Positions 34,634 to 43,975 are shown, counted from the stretch's first letter. The stretch is DNA of 64,000 nucleotides from Pseudomonadota bacterium (GCA_040385325.1 JAZKHN010000089.1:2169-66168); one strand, 5' to 3'. The notes: a model not told the origin generated them from the sequence alone. Numbers and translations are program-made.

Positions 34634-35026
34634 ATCTTCAAATCCAGCCGTACCGCCGAGCATCCGCCTTCCCAACTGCGGAACCTGTAAGGCATGGCTG
34701 GCCCCAGCAGGGAGCGCGCTGCTTCGGCAGCAGTGGGTAAACCCCTGCCAGCAACACGGCCTCGGGCAAAAGCTCCTTTCATCGGGACAGCCCGAGGCCT
34801 GTCGCCCCCCAGTTGTCTCCTCCCGGATGAAAGTCCAGGACTTGCCGCAGCGGGACCATCCAGCTGCGGCTCTTTTACACAGTCAGCCGGCGTGCGCAAT
34901 GTGAGCGCCGATTTCCGCCGCTACCCGAGCGGTCATCACAGGACGGGTTCACGGTCTGCCCAGCGCCGTGCAAACCCAGCGCAGCGTAAATCAAGAGTAC
35001 CGATGGGCGGCTCAATTGGAGAAAAC

Positions 35027-35704
35027 ATGGTGCAGAAGCTCAAGATCGTCAGCGACGGTACAGCGCAGGGGACCAAGGTCTATGCCGGAAACACCCAACT
35101 GACGGGCATCATTCGCCTGGAACTTGAGCCTGTTGAAGCGGGCGAGCCTGTAGTTGCCAAGCTGACCTTTGACTCTGTCGAATTGGACATGGTCGCCGAT
35201 CTCGCGCCGGACGCTGAACCAAAGCCGGCCGCCGCGCCTAACCTGCTGCAGCGCATAGCCGGGCTCTTTCGCTCAAGCATCCCAGCTCCGAAGGTCGGGC
35301 AGGTGTGGATCAGCCTCAATAGTTGGAAGTGCATCCATGTGGCCGAGGTCACAGATTGGCACACCGGAAGCATCTTCTGGGACGTGCACTCTGAGCTGGA
35401 TGACGGGTACTGGGGGTTTAAACCTCTCGAGGTCATGGGCAAGAACTTCAATCCCTTGCCTGATAGCTACTGTGGGATATCGACGTGGCGCCGGATGATC
35501 CGGGAAGAACGCCGTGTTCTCTTGGGCAGCCCCGAATACGTCGAGGCTTACCGCGCCAAACACGGCCGCAATACCAATCCTCCGCCGTGGTTCTCAAAGC
35601 CGACATACGACCCCGTGATCAGGGTAGATGCCCGTACTGATCAATCAAAGCTTGCCGAAGCCGTCAAGCGTGCGACCGGCGATCTCCGCCAACTCGTGTC
35701 ATGA
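35027..35704 (+). CDS. Hypothetical protein (first late-region CDS)
   Basis: Start MVQKLKIVSDG at 35027 with GGAG RBS. Confidence 0.65.
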   Translation: MVQKLKIVSDGTAQGTKVYAGNTQLTGIIRLELEPVEAGEPVVAKLTFDSVELDMVADLAPDAEPKPAAAPNLLQRIAGLFRSSIPAPKVGQVWISLNSWKCIHVAEVTDWHTGSIFWDVHSELDDGYWGFKPLEVMGKNFNPLPDSYCGISTWRRMIREERRVLLGSPEYVEAYRAKHGRNTNPPPWFSKPTYDPVIRVDARTDQSKLAEAVKRATGDLRQLVS

Positions 35705-36114
35705 CAGCATGTGCCCAAGCTGTGAACGCCGCCGACAGTGGTTTGCCAAATGGACCCGCATCGCAGCAGAGCGGGCAGCCCACCTCTTCCCCGGCCGGGC
35801 TGTTGGTGTTGCGCCTCCCGGGTCGGGTGAGCGAGGAACAGATGGCAGCGCTGGTAGCGGGCGTGAGTCCGGTAGCCGCAGCCCTGAACCTGGAGCCCCT
35901 GATCCTTGATGGCGGTGCTGACGCACACATCCAGTCTGACAACTCAGCCTTGCTGGAAGCGCTCAGTCTCCAGACTGCCGCACTCAGCGCCCAGACTGAA
36001 GCCATCCACCGCATGGCAGCCAGCACCGAGGCTCTCATCCTGGCAATGGCCGAAGCAGATGGTGATGACGGTATGCCGCCTCTCGGCCACACCATGGACT
36101 CCCCGGCAGGCTGA
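35701..36114 (+). CDS. Hypothetical protein
   Basis: 137 aa, coupled at both ends. Confidence 0.6.
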   Translation: MTACAQAVNAADSGLPNGPASQQSGQPTSSPAGLLVLRLPGRVSEEQMAALVAGVSPVAAALNLEPLILDGGADAHIQSDNSALLEALSLQTAALSAQTEAIHRMAASTEALILAMAEADGDDGMPPLGHTMDSPAG

Positions 36115-36524
36115 TGGCCTCAGCCCAGTACGACAACAGTGATGGCCGCCTCAGGGGCCGCAAGGCGCAGGCCCGGCGCCTCAGGCTCTGGACTAAATCT
36201 CCCCACTGCGCACGCTGCGGCAGGCTCACCGACTTCCCTGATGGCTTCCAGCTTGACCACAAGGTCGCGCTGGCTAACAAGGGCGAAGACACAGACGAAA
36301 ACCTTCAGGTCCTGTGCATTGGCCCCAATGGGTGCCACGCGAGGAAGACTGCTGAGGACTTCGGTCACAGGTTCCAGCCGACCATCGGCGAGGATGGATT
36401 TCCTGTCGAGCACCAAGGCGGTGTATCCGCAAAAGCTTCAGAAGGGGGCGGGGGAGTCTCAGGGGATAACCTAACCCCTCGGACACCGCGCCCTGAAGCT
36501 CTTTTTTGCACCGTCAAGTTGTAA
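36114..36524 (+). CDS. HNH endonuclease (terminase-associated, HK97 gp74-like)
   Basis: PHCARCG...LDHKVAL...ENLQVLC...CHARKT; immediately before terS. Confidence 0.88.
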   Translation: MASAQYDNSDGRLRGRKAQARRLRLWTKSPHCARCGRLTDFPDGFQLDHKVALANKGEDTDENLQVLCIGPNGCHARKTAEDFGHRFQPTIGEDGFPVEHQGGVSAKASEGGGGVSGDNLTPRTPRPEALFCTVKL

Positions 36525-36552
36525 AAACCGTTTTTCAGGAAAGGAGCCCACC

Positions 36553-36969
36553 ATGCCAGGACCAGGAAAGAAGCCGGCCAACCTGAAGGTGGTGGCAGGC
36601 ACAGACCGGAAGGACCGGGCGCCCGAGTCGACCGTCGAGATGCCGCCGGTTTTGGTCGTGCCCAAACCTCCGTCATGGTTGCCGAACGTTCACGCGAGAA
36701 AAGAGTGGAATCGCCTGGCACCGATCCTGGTTGCAAACAAGCTGCTGACCGAGGCGGGTCTGAGCGCCTTCGGCATGCTGTGCTCCCTGCATGGGAAGCT
36801 TGTCCAGCTGTGGTCAGCCGGGGAAGCGCCGGTGGCCTCGATGGTGTCCCAGTACCGTAATCTGGTGAACGATTTCGGGTTAACCCCAGTCTCGCAAGGC
36901 AAAGTAAAACAGGTGGGCGAACCCACCGCGGAGAACAAGTTCAGCCGGAATGGCAAACGAGCCGCGTGA
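36553..36969 (+). CDS. terS: Terminase small subunit (P27 family)
   Basis: MPGPGKKPANLKVVAG...PKPPSWL...ARKEWNRLAPIL...FGLTP; AGGAG RBS. Confidence 0.9.
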   Translation: MPGPGKKPANLKVVAGTDRKDRAPESTVEMPPVLVVPKPPSWLPNVHARKEWNRLAPILVANKLLTEAGLSAFGMLCSLHGKLVQLWSAGEAPVASMVSQYRNLVNDFGLTPVSQGKVKQVGEPTAENKFSRNGKRAA

Positions 36970-38653
36970 TTTCGTCCAGGTAGCGAAGGCCTACGCGAAG
37001 CGAGCTTCCAGCCCCAAGAACAAAAAGCAGTTCGGCATCTGGATCCGGCTGGCAGCGATCCGCTTTCTGGCCGACCTGAAGAAGGGCAAAGAAGCAGGGT
37101 TCTACTTCGACGAGTGGCACGCCAACGATGTTTGCGACTTTGCCGAGAAACTCCCGCACATCGAGGGGCAGTGGGATACCCCAAACATCGTGCTGCATGA
37201 GTCGCACGTGTTCTTCCTAGTGCAGCTTTTCGGCTTTCGAAAGCTCGACGGCACCCGGCGGTTTACAACCGCGCTGTTTGCCATTGCAAGGAAGAACGCG
37301 AAGAGCACGCTGGCCGCCATCATCGGCCTGTACTGTCAGAACTGCGAAGGCGAGAACGGGCCTCAGGTCATAACTGGCGCCACGACGGGCAGCCAGGCGC
37401 GCATCGTGTTCAAGGTCGCCAAGATCATGGTCGAGAAGACCGAGGACCTGAGGACAGCATTCGGGTTGGAGGCTTTTGCCAACGCCATCGCCAGTTACAA
37501 CAACGGCGGCACTTACAAGCCGATCAACGCGAAGGCCAGCACTCAGGACGGGCTGAATCCCAGCTGCACCATCCTCGATGAAATTCACGCGCACAAGGAT
37601 CACGACCTGATCAATGTGTTGAAGTCGGCAGCCGGCGCGCGCAAGAATCCGCTGTTCCTGTACCTGACGACCGAGGGTTACGCCAACCCCGGTCCTTGGC
37701 AGGAAGAGCGGGAATTTGCGAAGAAGGTGCTTCGAGGCTTGATCGAAGCCGACCACTATCTTGCCGTTTACTACGCAGTAGACGAGAAGGACGAGGACCT
37801 GGGCACCGAGCAGGATGACGACTTTGACGAGTCAGCCTGGCGCAAGGCCAACCCGCTGATGGACGTCAATCCGCTCCTGCTGATGGAGATCCGAAAGGCC
37901 GCCATCGAGGCCAAGGACAAGCCCGGAACCCACGCTGAATTCAAGATCAAGCGGCTGAACCGGCCGTCGTCAGTAGCGCAGGGCTGGGTCAACCTGACCA
38001 AATGGCGGGAGTGTAAGGGTGCCGTCGACCTCGAGTTCTTGAAAAAGTATCCATGCGACGGTGGGCTTGACCTTTCCAGCACGACCGATTTGACGTCTTT
38101 CAGGCTGGTCTGGGATGTCGAAGGCATGCTTTACACCTACGGCTTCCGATGGGTGCCATCCGTCGCGGTCCGCCAGCGCACGCAGCGCGGGCTGATTCCT
38201 TATGCCGGATGGGTGCAGAAGCATCACCTGCTCGAGTCGGGTATTGAGGCCATCGACTACGGCCCGATAGAAGAAAAGATCATCTGGGTGCACCAGAACT
38301 TCAACCTACGCTCGGTGGGTTACGACGGATGGAATGCCTCGCAGTCAGTTCAGAGACTGAATAACGCCGGCGTGAAGATGGAGCGATTCATTCAAGGCCC
38401 ACAGAGCTACCACCCCGCCATGCAGGCGCTGGAAATCGCCTACCTGAACGGCAAGTTTGCCCACGGCAACGACCCGATCCTGAACTGGAACGCTTCCAAC
38501 CTGGTGTCGCGCAAAGACGTGAACATGAACAACGCCCCCGACAAGAAGCGGGCGGCGGAAAAGATCGACGACATGTGCGCTCTGCTGATGGCAGTGGGTC
38601 GAAAACTTGTAGCTGAGCCGCAGAAGAAGCTGGTTCTGGCTACCGCGGGGTGA
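36950..38653 (+). CDS. terL: Terminase large subunit
   Basis: IARKNAKST, DGLNPSCTILDEIH, WRKANP, GGLDLSSTTDLT, KIDDMCALLMA. Confidence 0.96.
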   Translation: MANEPRDFVQVAKAYAKRASSPKNKKQFGIWIRLAAIRFLADLKKGKEAGFYFDEWHANDVCDFAEKLPHIEGQWDTPNIVLHESHVFFLVQLFGFRKLDGTRRFTTALFAIARKNAKSTLAAIIGLYCQNCEGENGPQVITGATTGSQARIVFKVAKIMVEKTEDLRTAFGLEAFANAIASYNNGGTYKPINAKASTQDGLNPSCTILDEIHAHKDHDLINVLKSAAGARKNPLFLYLTTEGYANPGPWQEEREFAKKVLRGLIEADHYLAVYYAVDEKDEDLGTEQDDDFDESAWRKANPLMDVNPLLLMEIRKAAIEAKDKPGTHAEFKIKRLNRPSSVAQGWVNLTKWRECKGAVDLEFLKKYPCDGGLDLSSTTDLTSFRLVWDVEGMLYTYGFRWVPSVAVRQRTQRGLIPYAGWVQKHHLLESGIEAIDYGPIEEKIIWVHQNFNLRSVGYDGWNASQSVQRLNNAGVKMERFIQGPQSYHPAMQALEIAYLNGKFAHGNDPILNWNASNLVSRKDVNMNNAPDKKRAAEKIDDMCALLMAVGRKLVAEPQKKLVLATAG

Positions 38654-38656
38654 CAC

Positions 38657-38782
38657 ATGGCCTGTAAATGCATCGACCGCCAGCGCAAGTTGGTCAATTG
38701 GCTCTGCCGCAAAGGCATGACGGCCATGTGTAAGCGAGCTCAGGCTCGGCTGGAACGCATGGAAGCAAACGAAAAGGAATGA
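38657..38782 (+). CDS. Small Cys-containing protein (41 aa)
   Basis: MACKCIDRQRKLVNWL...; fills the terL-protease gap with an ATGA overlap. Confidence 0.6.
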   Translation: MACKCIDRQRKLVNWLCRKGMTAMCKRAQARLERMEANEKE

Positions 38783-39399
38783 CCATGGAAGCAATTCAAC
38801 GCGCTTATTCGGTGTTCGAAGTCCGAGCCCTGGACAACGCCAAGCGGACCTTCAGTGGATGGGCAACAACGCCCTCCACCGACCGAATGGGCGACACAGT
38901 CAATCCCCTGGGTATCAAGTTCCGAAACCCAGTGGCCCTGCTACATCAACACAAGCACGACAAGCCCATTGGTCATGCCGTTTTCGGCAAGCCCTCCAAA
39001 AAGGGCGTGGAGTTCGATGCCGAGATTCCCGATGTGGATCCTGAATACGAAAGCCTGCGCGACCGGGTCAATACAGCCTGGGGCGAGCTGAAATACAAAC
39101 TCGTGCGCGCCGTCAGCATCGGCTTCATGCCCATTAAATATGCCTACAAAGACGATGGTGGCATTGAGTTTCAGGAGATCGAAGTCTACGAATTGTCCAT
39201 CGTGACAGTTCCGGCACTCCCTGATGCCGTCATCACACAGGTGAAATCCATGAGCGAAGGCCGCCTGCCTGCTGACGTCATTCGCCAGATTCAATCTTTC
39301 GACCACGCAGCGCGCCGTTCCGGACCTGTCCGGCTGATCTCGCCTGCGAAATCGACACCCCAAAACCTCAATGGAGCCGTTCGCCTGAATCGCTCCTGA
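38779..39399 (+). CDS. HK97-family prohead protease
   Basis: FSGWATTPSTDRMGD...LLHQH...PIG...VSIGF...ELSIVTVPA. Confidence 0.93.
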   Translation: MTMEAIQRAYSVFEVRALDNAKRTFSGWATTPSTDRMGDTVNPLGIKFRNPVALLHQHKHDKPIGHAVFGKPSKKGVEFDAEIPDVDPEYESLRDRVNTAWGELKYKLVRAVSIGFMPIKYAYKDDGGIEFQEIEVYELSIVTVPALPDAVITQVKSMSEGRLPADVIRQIQSFDHAARRSGPVRLISPAKSTPQNLNGAVRLNRS

Positions 39400-39466
39400 A
39401 GTTTCCGATCCGCCGCTCACCGTTGAACGTGGGCCGCCAGTGATCAAAACCTTCCCCAAATCAATG

Positions 39467-39489
39467 AACCGCCTCCGGGCGGTTTTTTT
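39467..39489 (+). terminator. Intrinsic terminator-like hairpin between protease and capsid genes
   Basis: AACCGCC-TCCG-GGCGGTT followed by a T-run. Confidence 0.6.
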
Positions 39490-39509
39490 ATTCCCGAAAG
39501 GAATTTGAA

Positions 39510-41108
39510 ATGAAAACCTCTCACTTTGTCCGTGGCCTGATGGCCGCTGCACTCGCCCTCTTTGCTGGCATGGCCCTCGCTGGCCATCCGATCAGCAATT
39601 ACATGAGCCCTGAAATGTTGGCTGCTCTGGGCGGCCTCTCCGGCATGCCACTGGCTTTTGGCAGCACCAAGACGTTCGCCGAGCAGCTGCTGTCGCTGCA
39701 GGCGACCCGCCAAACCAAAATCGAGGAACAGAAGGCTATTGGCCAGAAGTCCGTTGACGAGGCCCGATCGATGGACACGGGTGAAAGCGAGAATTTCGAT
39801 ACGCTGGAAGGTGAGATCAAAAAGCTCGATGGCGACATCTCGCGCATTTCCCTGCTCGCTGCCCGCGACAAGGACACCATAAAGGCGGTCGATGACACCC
39901 AGCAGCGCGAGCAGCAAAGCCGTGGCGGTTCGGTCCACGGCCTGCACCTGAAGACCGTCGAGAAGCTGGAGCCTGGCATTGCCATGGCCCGCTACGCAAT
40001 GTGCTTGACCAAGGCCAAGGGCAATCACGAAATGGCCTTCCGCCTGGCTGAGAAGCACTTCCCGCACACGGAAGGCGTGGTCAAGACGCTCAAGGCCCAG
40101 GCTGAAGGCGCCAACCTGCAGGAACTGATGATCATGAAGGCCACCGTTGCCGCCGGCGACACCATCAACGCCACCTGGGCTGCACCGCTGGTGTACGCAG
40201 AGACGTTCATGGGCGACTTCATCGAATATCTGCGCCCGCGCACCCTGATCGGTCAGGCGAATTTCCGCCCCGTACCGTTCAATGTCCGGATCGCTGGCCA
40301 GACCAGCGGCGGTACTGCCGCATGGGTTGGCCAGGGTAAGGCCAAGCCGGTCACGAAGTTCGACTACAACGCCACCACGGTGCCGTTCACCAAGATTGCG
40401 GCAATCGCCGTGATCACGCAAGAACTGGCCCGCTTCTCCAGCCCGGCGGCTGAAGCGATGGTCCGGGACTCGCTGGCTGACACCGTCATCGCGCGCGTTG
40501 ACACCGACCTGTTCGATCCGGATCTGGCCGCAGTTGCCAACGTGTCGCCAGCCGGCCTGCTGAACGGCGTCACGCCTGTGGCTATCGCCAGCAACACCAT
40601 CGATTACGCAGACCCCGCCTCCGTGCGCTGCGCGATCGCGTTGCTGTGGGCCGCATGGGACACCACGTTCATGGGCGCCCGTCCTGCCTACTACACGACT
40701 CCTGCCGTTGCCCGTCAATTGGCGCTGTCGCGTGAGGCTCTGGGTACCGTGGCATTCCCTGGCATGACGCCTACCGGCGGCACGCTGGACGGTGTGCCTG
40801 TGCGTGTGTCCCAGTACCTGGCCAACAACGGCGGCTCCGGCGGTGCTCCGTTCATCCTGGTGGATGAATCGGAAATCTTCCTGGCTGACGACGGCTCGGT
40901 CACGCTGGACGCTTCGGACACGGCTTCCATTGAAATGTCCGACACCCCAGCCGGCTCTTCGAACCCCGCGGTTGTCGCTTCCGGCACCAACCTGGTGTCG
41001 ATGTGGCAGACCAACTCCATCGCGTTCCGCGCCGAGCGGTTCATCTGGTGGGGTCCACGTCGCTCCGGCGCCGTGCAGTGGATCGACGGGATGCCCACGA
41101 CCTGCTGA
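39510..41108 (+). CDS. Major capsid protein (HK97 fold)
   Basis: Coiled-coil delta domain, FIEYLRPRTLIG, AAWVGQGKAKP, KIAAIAVITQEL, SMWQTNSIAFRAER; AAGGA RBS. Confidence 0.95.
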   Translation: MKTSHFVRGLMAAALALFAGMALAGHPISNYMSPEMLAALGGLSGMPLAFGSTKTFAEQLLSLQATRQTKIEEQKAIGQKSVDEARSMDTGESENFDTLEGEIKKLDGDISRISLLAARDKDTIKAVDDTQQREQQSRGGSVHGLHLKTVEKLEPGIAMARYAMCLTKAKGNHEMAFRLAEKHFPHTEGVVKTLKAQAEGANLQELMIMKATVAAGDTINATWAAPLVYAETFMGDFIEYLRPRTLIGQANFRPVPFNVRIAGQTSGGTAAWVGQGKAKPVTKFDYNATTVPFTKIAAIAVITQELARFSSPAAEAMVRDSLADTVIARVDTDLFDPDLAAVANVSPAGLLNGVTPVAIASNTIDYADPASVRCAIALLWAAWDTTFMGARPAYYTTPAVARQLALSREALGTVAFPGMTPTGGTLDGVPVRVSQYLANNGGSGGAPFILVDESEIFLADDGSVTLDASDTASIEMSDTPAGSSNPAVVASGTNLVSMWQTNSIAFRAERFIWWGPRRSGAVQWIDGMPTTC

Positions 41109-41125
41109 TCGTCTGCTGACGAATG

Positions 41126-41156
41126 AAAGGGCCTCCAGTGCGGAGGCCCTTTTTTT
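41126..41156 (+). terminator. Intrinsic terminator after capsid gene
   Basis: AAAGGGCCTCC-AGTGC-GGAGGCCCTTT-TTTT. Confidence 0.8.
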
Positions 41157-41174
41157 AAACGCGAAGGAACCCCA

Positions 41175-41459
41175 ATGGAAAAAGTCGATTTCACGTTCAA
41201 GAACCGGCACACCCGGGTCATGCCTAAGCGGCAGGCCGAGCTGCTGTCGAAACTTGGACACGGCACTTACGCAACCCGCGACATGGCCAAACAGCCGAAT
41301 GTCGTAAAGCCGACTTTCGTTGCCGCCAACCCGGACGGTCTGGACGAGATGGACCGCGAACAACTGCATGCCCTCGCCAAAGAGCGCGGGCTGACCTTGC
41401 ATCACATGCTCGGCGCGGAAAAGGCACGTTCAGCACTGCGCGAGGCTGCTCAGGCATGA
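41175..41459 (+). CDS. Small head-module protein with HeH/LEM-like C-terminus
   Basis: GTYATRDM...LDEMDREQLHALAKERGL. Confidence 0.7.
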   Translation: MEKVDFTFKNRHTRVMPKRQAELLSKLGHGTYATRDMAKQPNVVKPTFVAANPDGLDEMDREQLHALAKERGLTLHHMLGAEKARSALREAAQA

Positions 41460-42874
41460 ATGCCTTCGGCTTCACCTTTGGCAGGACGCCGGCAGTGGCC
41501 GAGAAGCGTGTGCCCGACAGCCTGAACACAGTTTCAGGCTGGCGTGATGGGTGGAGGCGAATTCTTGAACCGTTTACTGGCGCCTGGCAACAGAACGCCG
41601 AGGAAAAGCGCGGCGACCTGATCACGTACCCGACCTTGTACGCCTGCATCTACCGCATCTCGTCAGACATCGGAAAGCTCCCGTTTCGCTTGCGTAAGCG
41701 GAACACCACTGGCGTCTGGATGGATGCAACCAACAATGCCTATGACCCGGTGCTGCGCAAGCCAAACGGCTTTCAGACCCCGGGCCAGTTTCGCGAGTAT
41801 TGGCTGTTGACCAAACTCATCAACGGCAACGCATATATCCTGAAAAGGCGTGACAACCGCGGCGGAGAGAACGCCGGCAATGTTGTCGACATGTACGTTC
41901 TGGACCCGGAGCGTGTGCTTCCGATGGTCTCGGACGCTGGCGAGGTCTATTACAAGCTATACACCAGCCCATTGAACAGCCTGCCCGAGGACTATCCCGG
42001 CGAGAACCTTATCGTGCCTGCCAGCGAGATCATCCATGACCGCTGCATGACGATTCACCATCCTCTGATCGGCGTGCCGCCGCTGGCAGCTGCGCACTGG
42101 CCAGCGCTCAAGAACATGAAGATCATGCGGAGCGCCACCGAGTTCTTCGCAAACAACGCCCAGCCTGGCGGCATTTTGACTGCCCCGGCCGGCATGAGTA
42201 AAGAGGACGCCAACGACGTCAAGGCGTACTGGGCTACCAATTTCACTGGCCCCAACGCTGGCCGCGTCGCCATTGTCGGTGCTGACATGAAGTTCACGGC
42301 ATTCGCGATGAAGAGCATCGACTCCCAGATGGTTGAGCAGATGCGCTATTCCGATGAACAAATCTGCCAGCCCTTCGGCATCCCGCCGTTCAAGGTCGGT
42401 ATCGGCACCATCCCCTCCGGCTTGGGTGTCGACGGCCTGAATCAGCTCTATTACGCCGACGCGCTGCAAACCCACATCGAGCACATGGAAGCGCTACTGG
42501 ATGATGGTTTGAAAATCACCGCCCCTCTGGGCATCGAGCTTGACCTGGAGCCTCTCCTGCGCATGGACGAGGCGAAGCGCGCTGAAGTGGAGACCAAACT
42601 TGTGCAGGGAAAAATCAAGACTCCAGACGAAGGCCGTCAGCGCTTCAATCTCGAATCCACGGCCGGCGGCAACACCCTCTGGGGTCAACACCAGGACTAT
42701 CCTCTCGGCGTGCTGGCTGGCCGCACCGACCTGAATCCTGCTCCAGTGCCGGATCCGGAACCCCGTTCAGAAGAAGACCAGGCTGCCGTCGAAGAGGCGA
42801 AGTCAATCGTTGCAACCAAGAGGGCGATTGACGCCATGCGTAAAGCTCTTGAACCGGAGGCCATCCATGTTTAA
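41456..42874 (+). CDS. Portal protein (HK97 family)
   Basis: YACIYRISSDIGKLP...KPNGFQT...GNAY...EIIHDR...FFANNAQPGGIL...ICQPFGIPP. Confidence 0.95.
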   Translation: MNAFGFTFGRTPAVAEKRVPDSLNTVSGWRDGWRRILEPFTGAWQQNAEEKRGDLITYPTLYACIYRISSDIGKLPFRLRKRNTTGVWMDATNNAYDPVLRKPNGFQTPGQFREYWLLTKLINGNAYILKRRDNRGGENAGNVVDMYVLDPERVLPMVSDAGEVYYKLYTSPLNSLPEDYPGENLIVPASEIIHDRCMTIHHPLIGVPPLAAAHWPALKNMKIMRSATEFFANNAQPGGILTAPAGMSKEDANDVKAYWATNFTGPNAGRVAIVGADMKFTAFAMKSIDSQMVEQMRYSDEQICQPFGIPPFKVGIGTIPSGLGVDGLNQLYYADALQTHIEHMEALLDDGLKITAPLGIELDLEPLLRMDEAKRAEVETKLVQGKIKTPDEGRQRFNLESTAGGNTLWGQHQDYPLGVLAGRTDLNPAPVPDPEPRSEEDQAAVEEAKSIVATKRAIDAMRKALEPEAIHV

Positions 42875-43973
42875 CCCCGAAGAATTCGGTAAGGCCATGG
42901 CCGAAGCCATTCGCAAGGAGGTAGCGCCCTTGCAGCAGGAGATTGAACGGCTGAAAAAGCAGCTCGACCATGCGCCAGATGTGATCAAGGTGATTGCGGA
43001 AGCGGTGCAGAAGGCAGTAACGGGCATACCGACGCCAAAAGACGGCAAAGACTGCGACATGTCAGCTGTTAAGGCCATGATCGAAGAGGCCGTCAAGACT
43101 ATTCCAGTTCCCAAGGATGGCAAGGATGGTAAAGATGGAACTGACGGTAAAGACGGGCGGGATGGTGTTGATGGCCTACCGGGAGAAGTAGGTGCCAAGG
43201 GAATTGATGGGTGTGATGGCAAAGATGGCATGTCTGGTAAAGACGGAGGTAACGGCGTAGACGGTTTGCCAGGGGAGGCTGGTGCCAGAGGCGTCGATGG
43301 TCGCGACGGTAAGGATGGCGTCAACGGCAAGGATGGCGTCAGCGTATCGATTGACGATGTGCGTCCGATTCTGGATGAGGCAATCAAGGCCATGCGGGGC
43401 GAAGCCCAGGCTGTAATCGATGGCGTGGTGAAGACACTCCCCGTGCCGAAAGACGGCCGCGATGGCATTGATGGCAAAGACGGAATGAACGGCGTCAAAG
43501 GCGAGAAAGGCCAGGATGGTATGGGCCTGGCTGGCGCCATGATCGACCGTGACGGTTCGCTGCAGGTGACCTTTACCAATGGCGAGGTAAAGGCACTGGG
43601 CCCAGTCGTTGGCAGAGACGGCGTGAATGGAAAAGACGGCACCGACGGGGTCGGTTTCGAGCTCTTTGAGATGGAATACATCCCAGATACTCATGAAATC
43701 ACCGTCAAGGCAGTCTCCGGTATCCGGACCAAGGAACTGCGCTACCCTGCTGGCGGCATTCGCCCCGGTGGTTACTGGCGCGAAGGAACGACAGCGAAGG
43801 CTGGCCAAGCGTGGGTTCATGACGGCTCGACCTTCTATGCCCTCAGGGAAACCACCGATAAGCCTGAAACTAAGTCTTCAAACTGGATCATCGGCGCCCG
43901 CAAGGGGCGGGACGGTGAAACCACGGTCAAGACGATCAACGCCAACCTAGGCCCGATCAAGCTGGGCAACTGA
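42867..43973 (+). CDS. Collagen-like (Gly-X-Y) head-associated protein
   Basis: Long GKD/GRD/GVD triplet runs; GGAGG RBS before ATG 42867. Confidence 0.85.
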   Translation: MFNPEEFGKAMAEAIRKEVAPLQQEIERLKKQLDHAPDVIKVIAEAVQKAVTGIPTPKDGKDCDMSAVKAMIEEAVKTIPVPKDGKDGKDGTDGKDGRDGVDGLPGEVGAKGIDGCDGKDGMSGKDGGNGVDGLPGEAGARGVDGRDGKDGVNGKDGVSVSIDDVRPILDEAIKAMRGEAQAVIDGVVKTLPVPKDGRDGIDGKDGMNGVKGEKGQDGMGLAGAMIDRDGSLQVTFTNGEVKALGPVVGRDGVNGKDGTDGVGFELFEMEYIPDTHEITVKAVSGIRTKELRYPAGGIRPGGYWREGTTAKAGQAWVHDGSTFYALRETTDKPETKSSNWIIGARKGRDGETTVKTINANLGPIKLGN

Positions 43974-43975
43974 CC

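Noticed and set aside
34634-34720. Theta/HDV-like ribozyme directly after tRNA-Trp
   Set aside because: The sequence after CCA is an A/T-rich linker and then a simple long hairpin; no nested double pseudoknot could be drawn.
34414-35026. ORFs across the RNA region, including the 34694 upstream extension of the 35027 gene
   Set aside because: They overlap tRNA-Trp and strong hairpins, are low complexity, and the better RBS is at 35027.
39444-41405. 653-aa - strand ORF
   Set aside because: Antisense shadow of the capsid gene typical of high-GC codon bias; no motifs or RBS.
43020-43650. CRISPR-like or tandem DNA repeat array
   Set aside because: The repeats are degenerate codons of Gly-X-Y collagen triplets; no constant repeat-spacer pattern and no cas genes.
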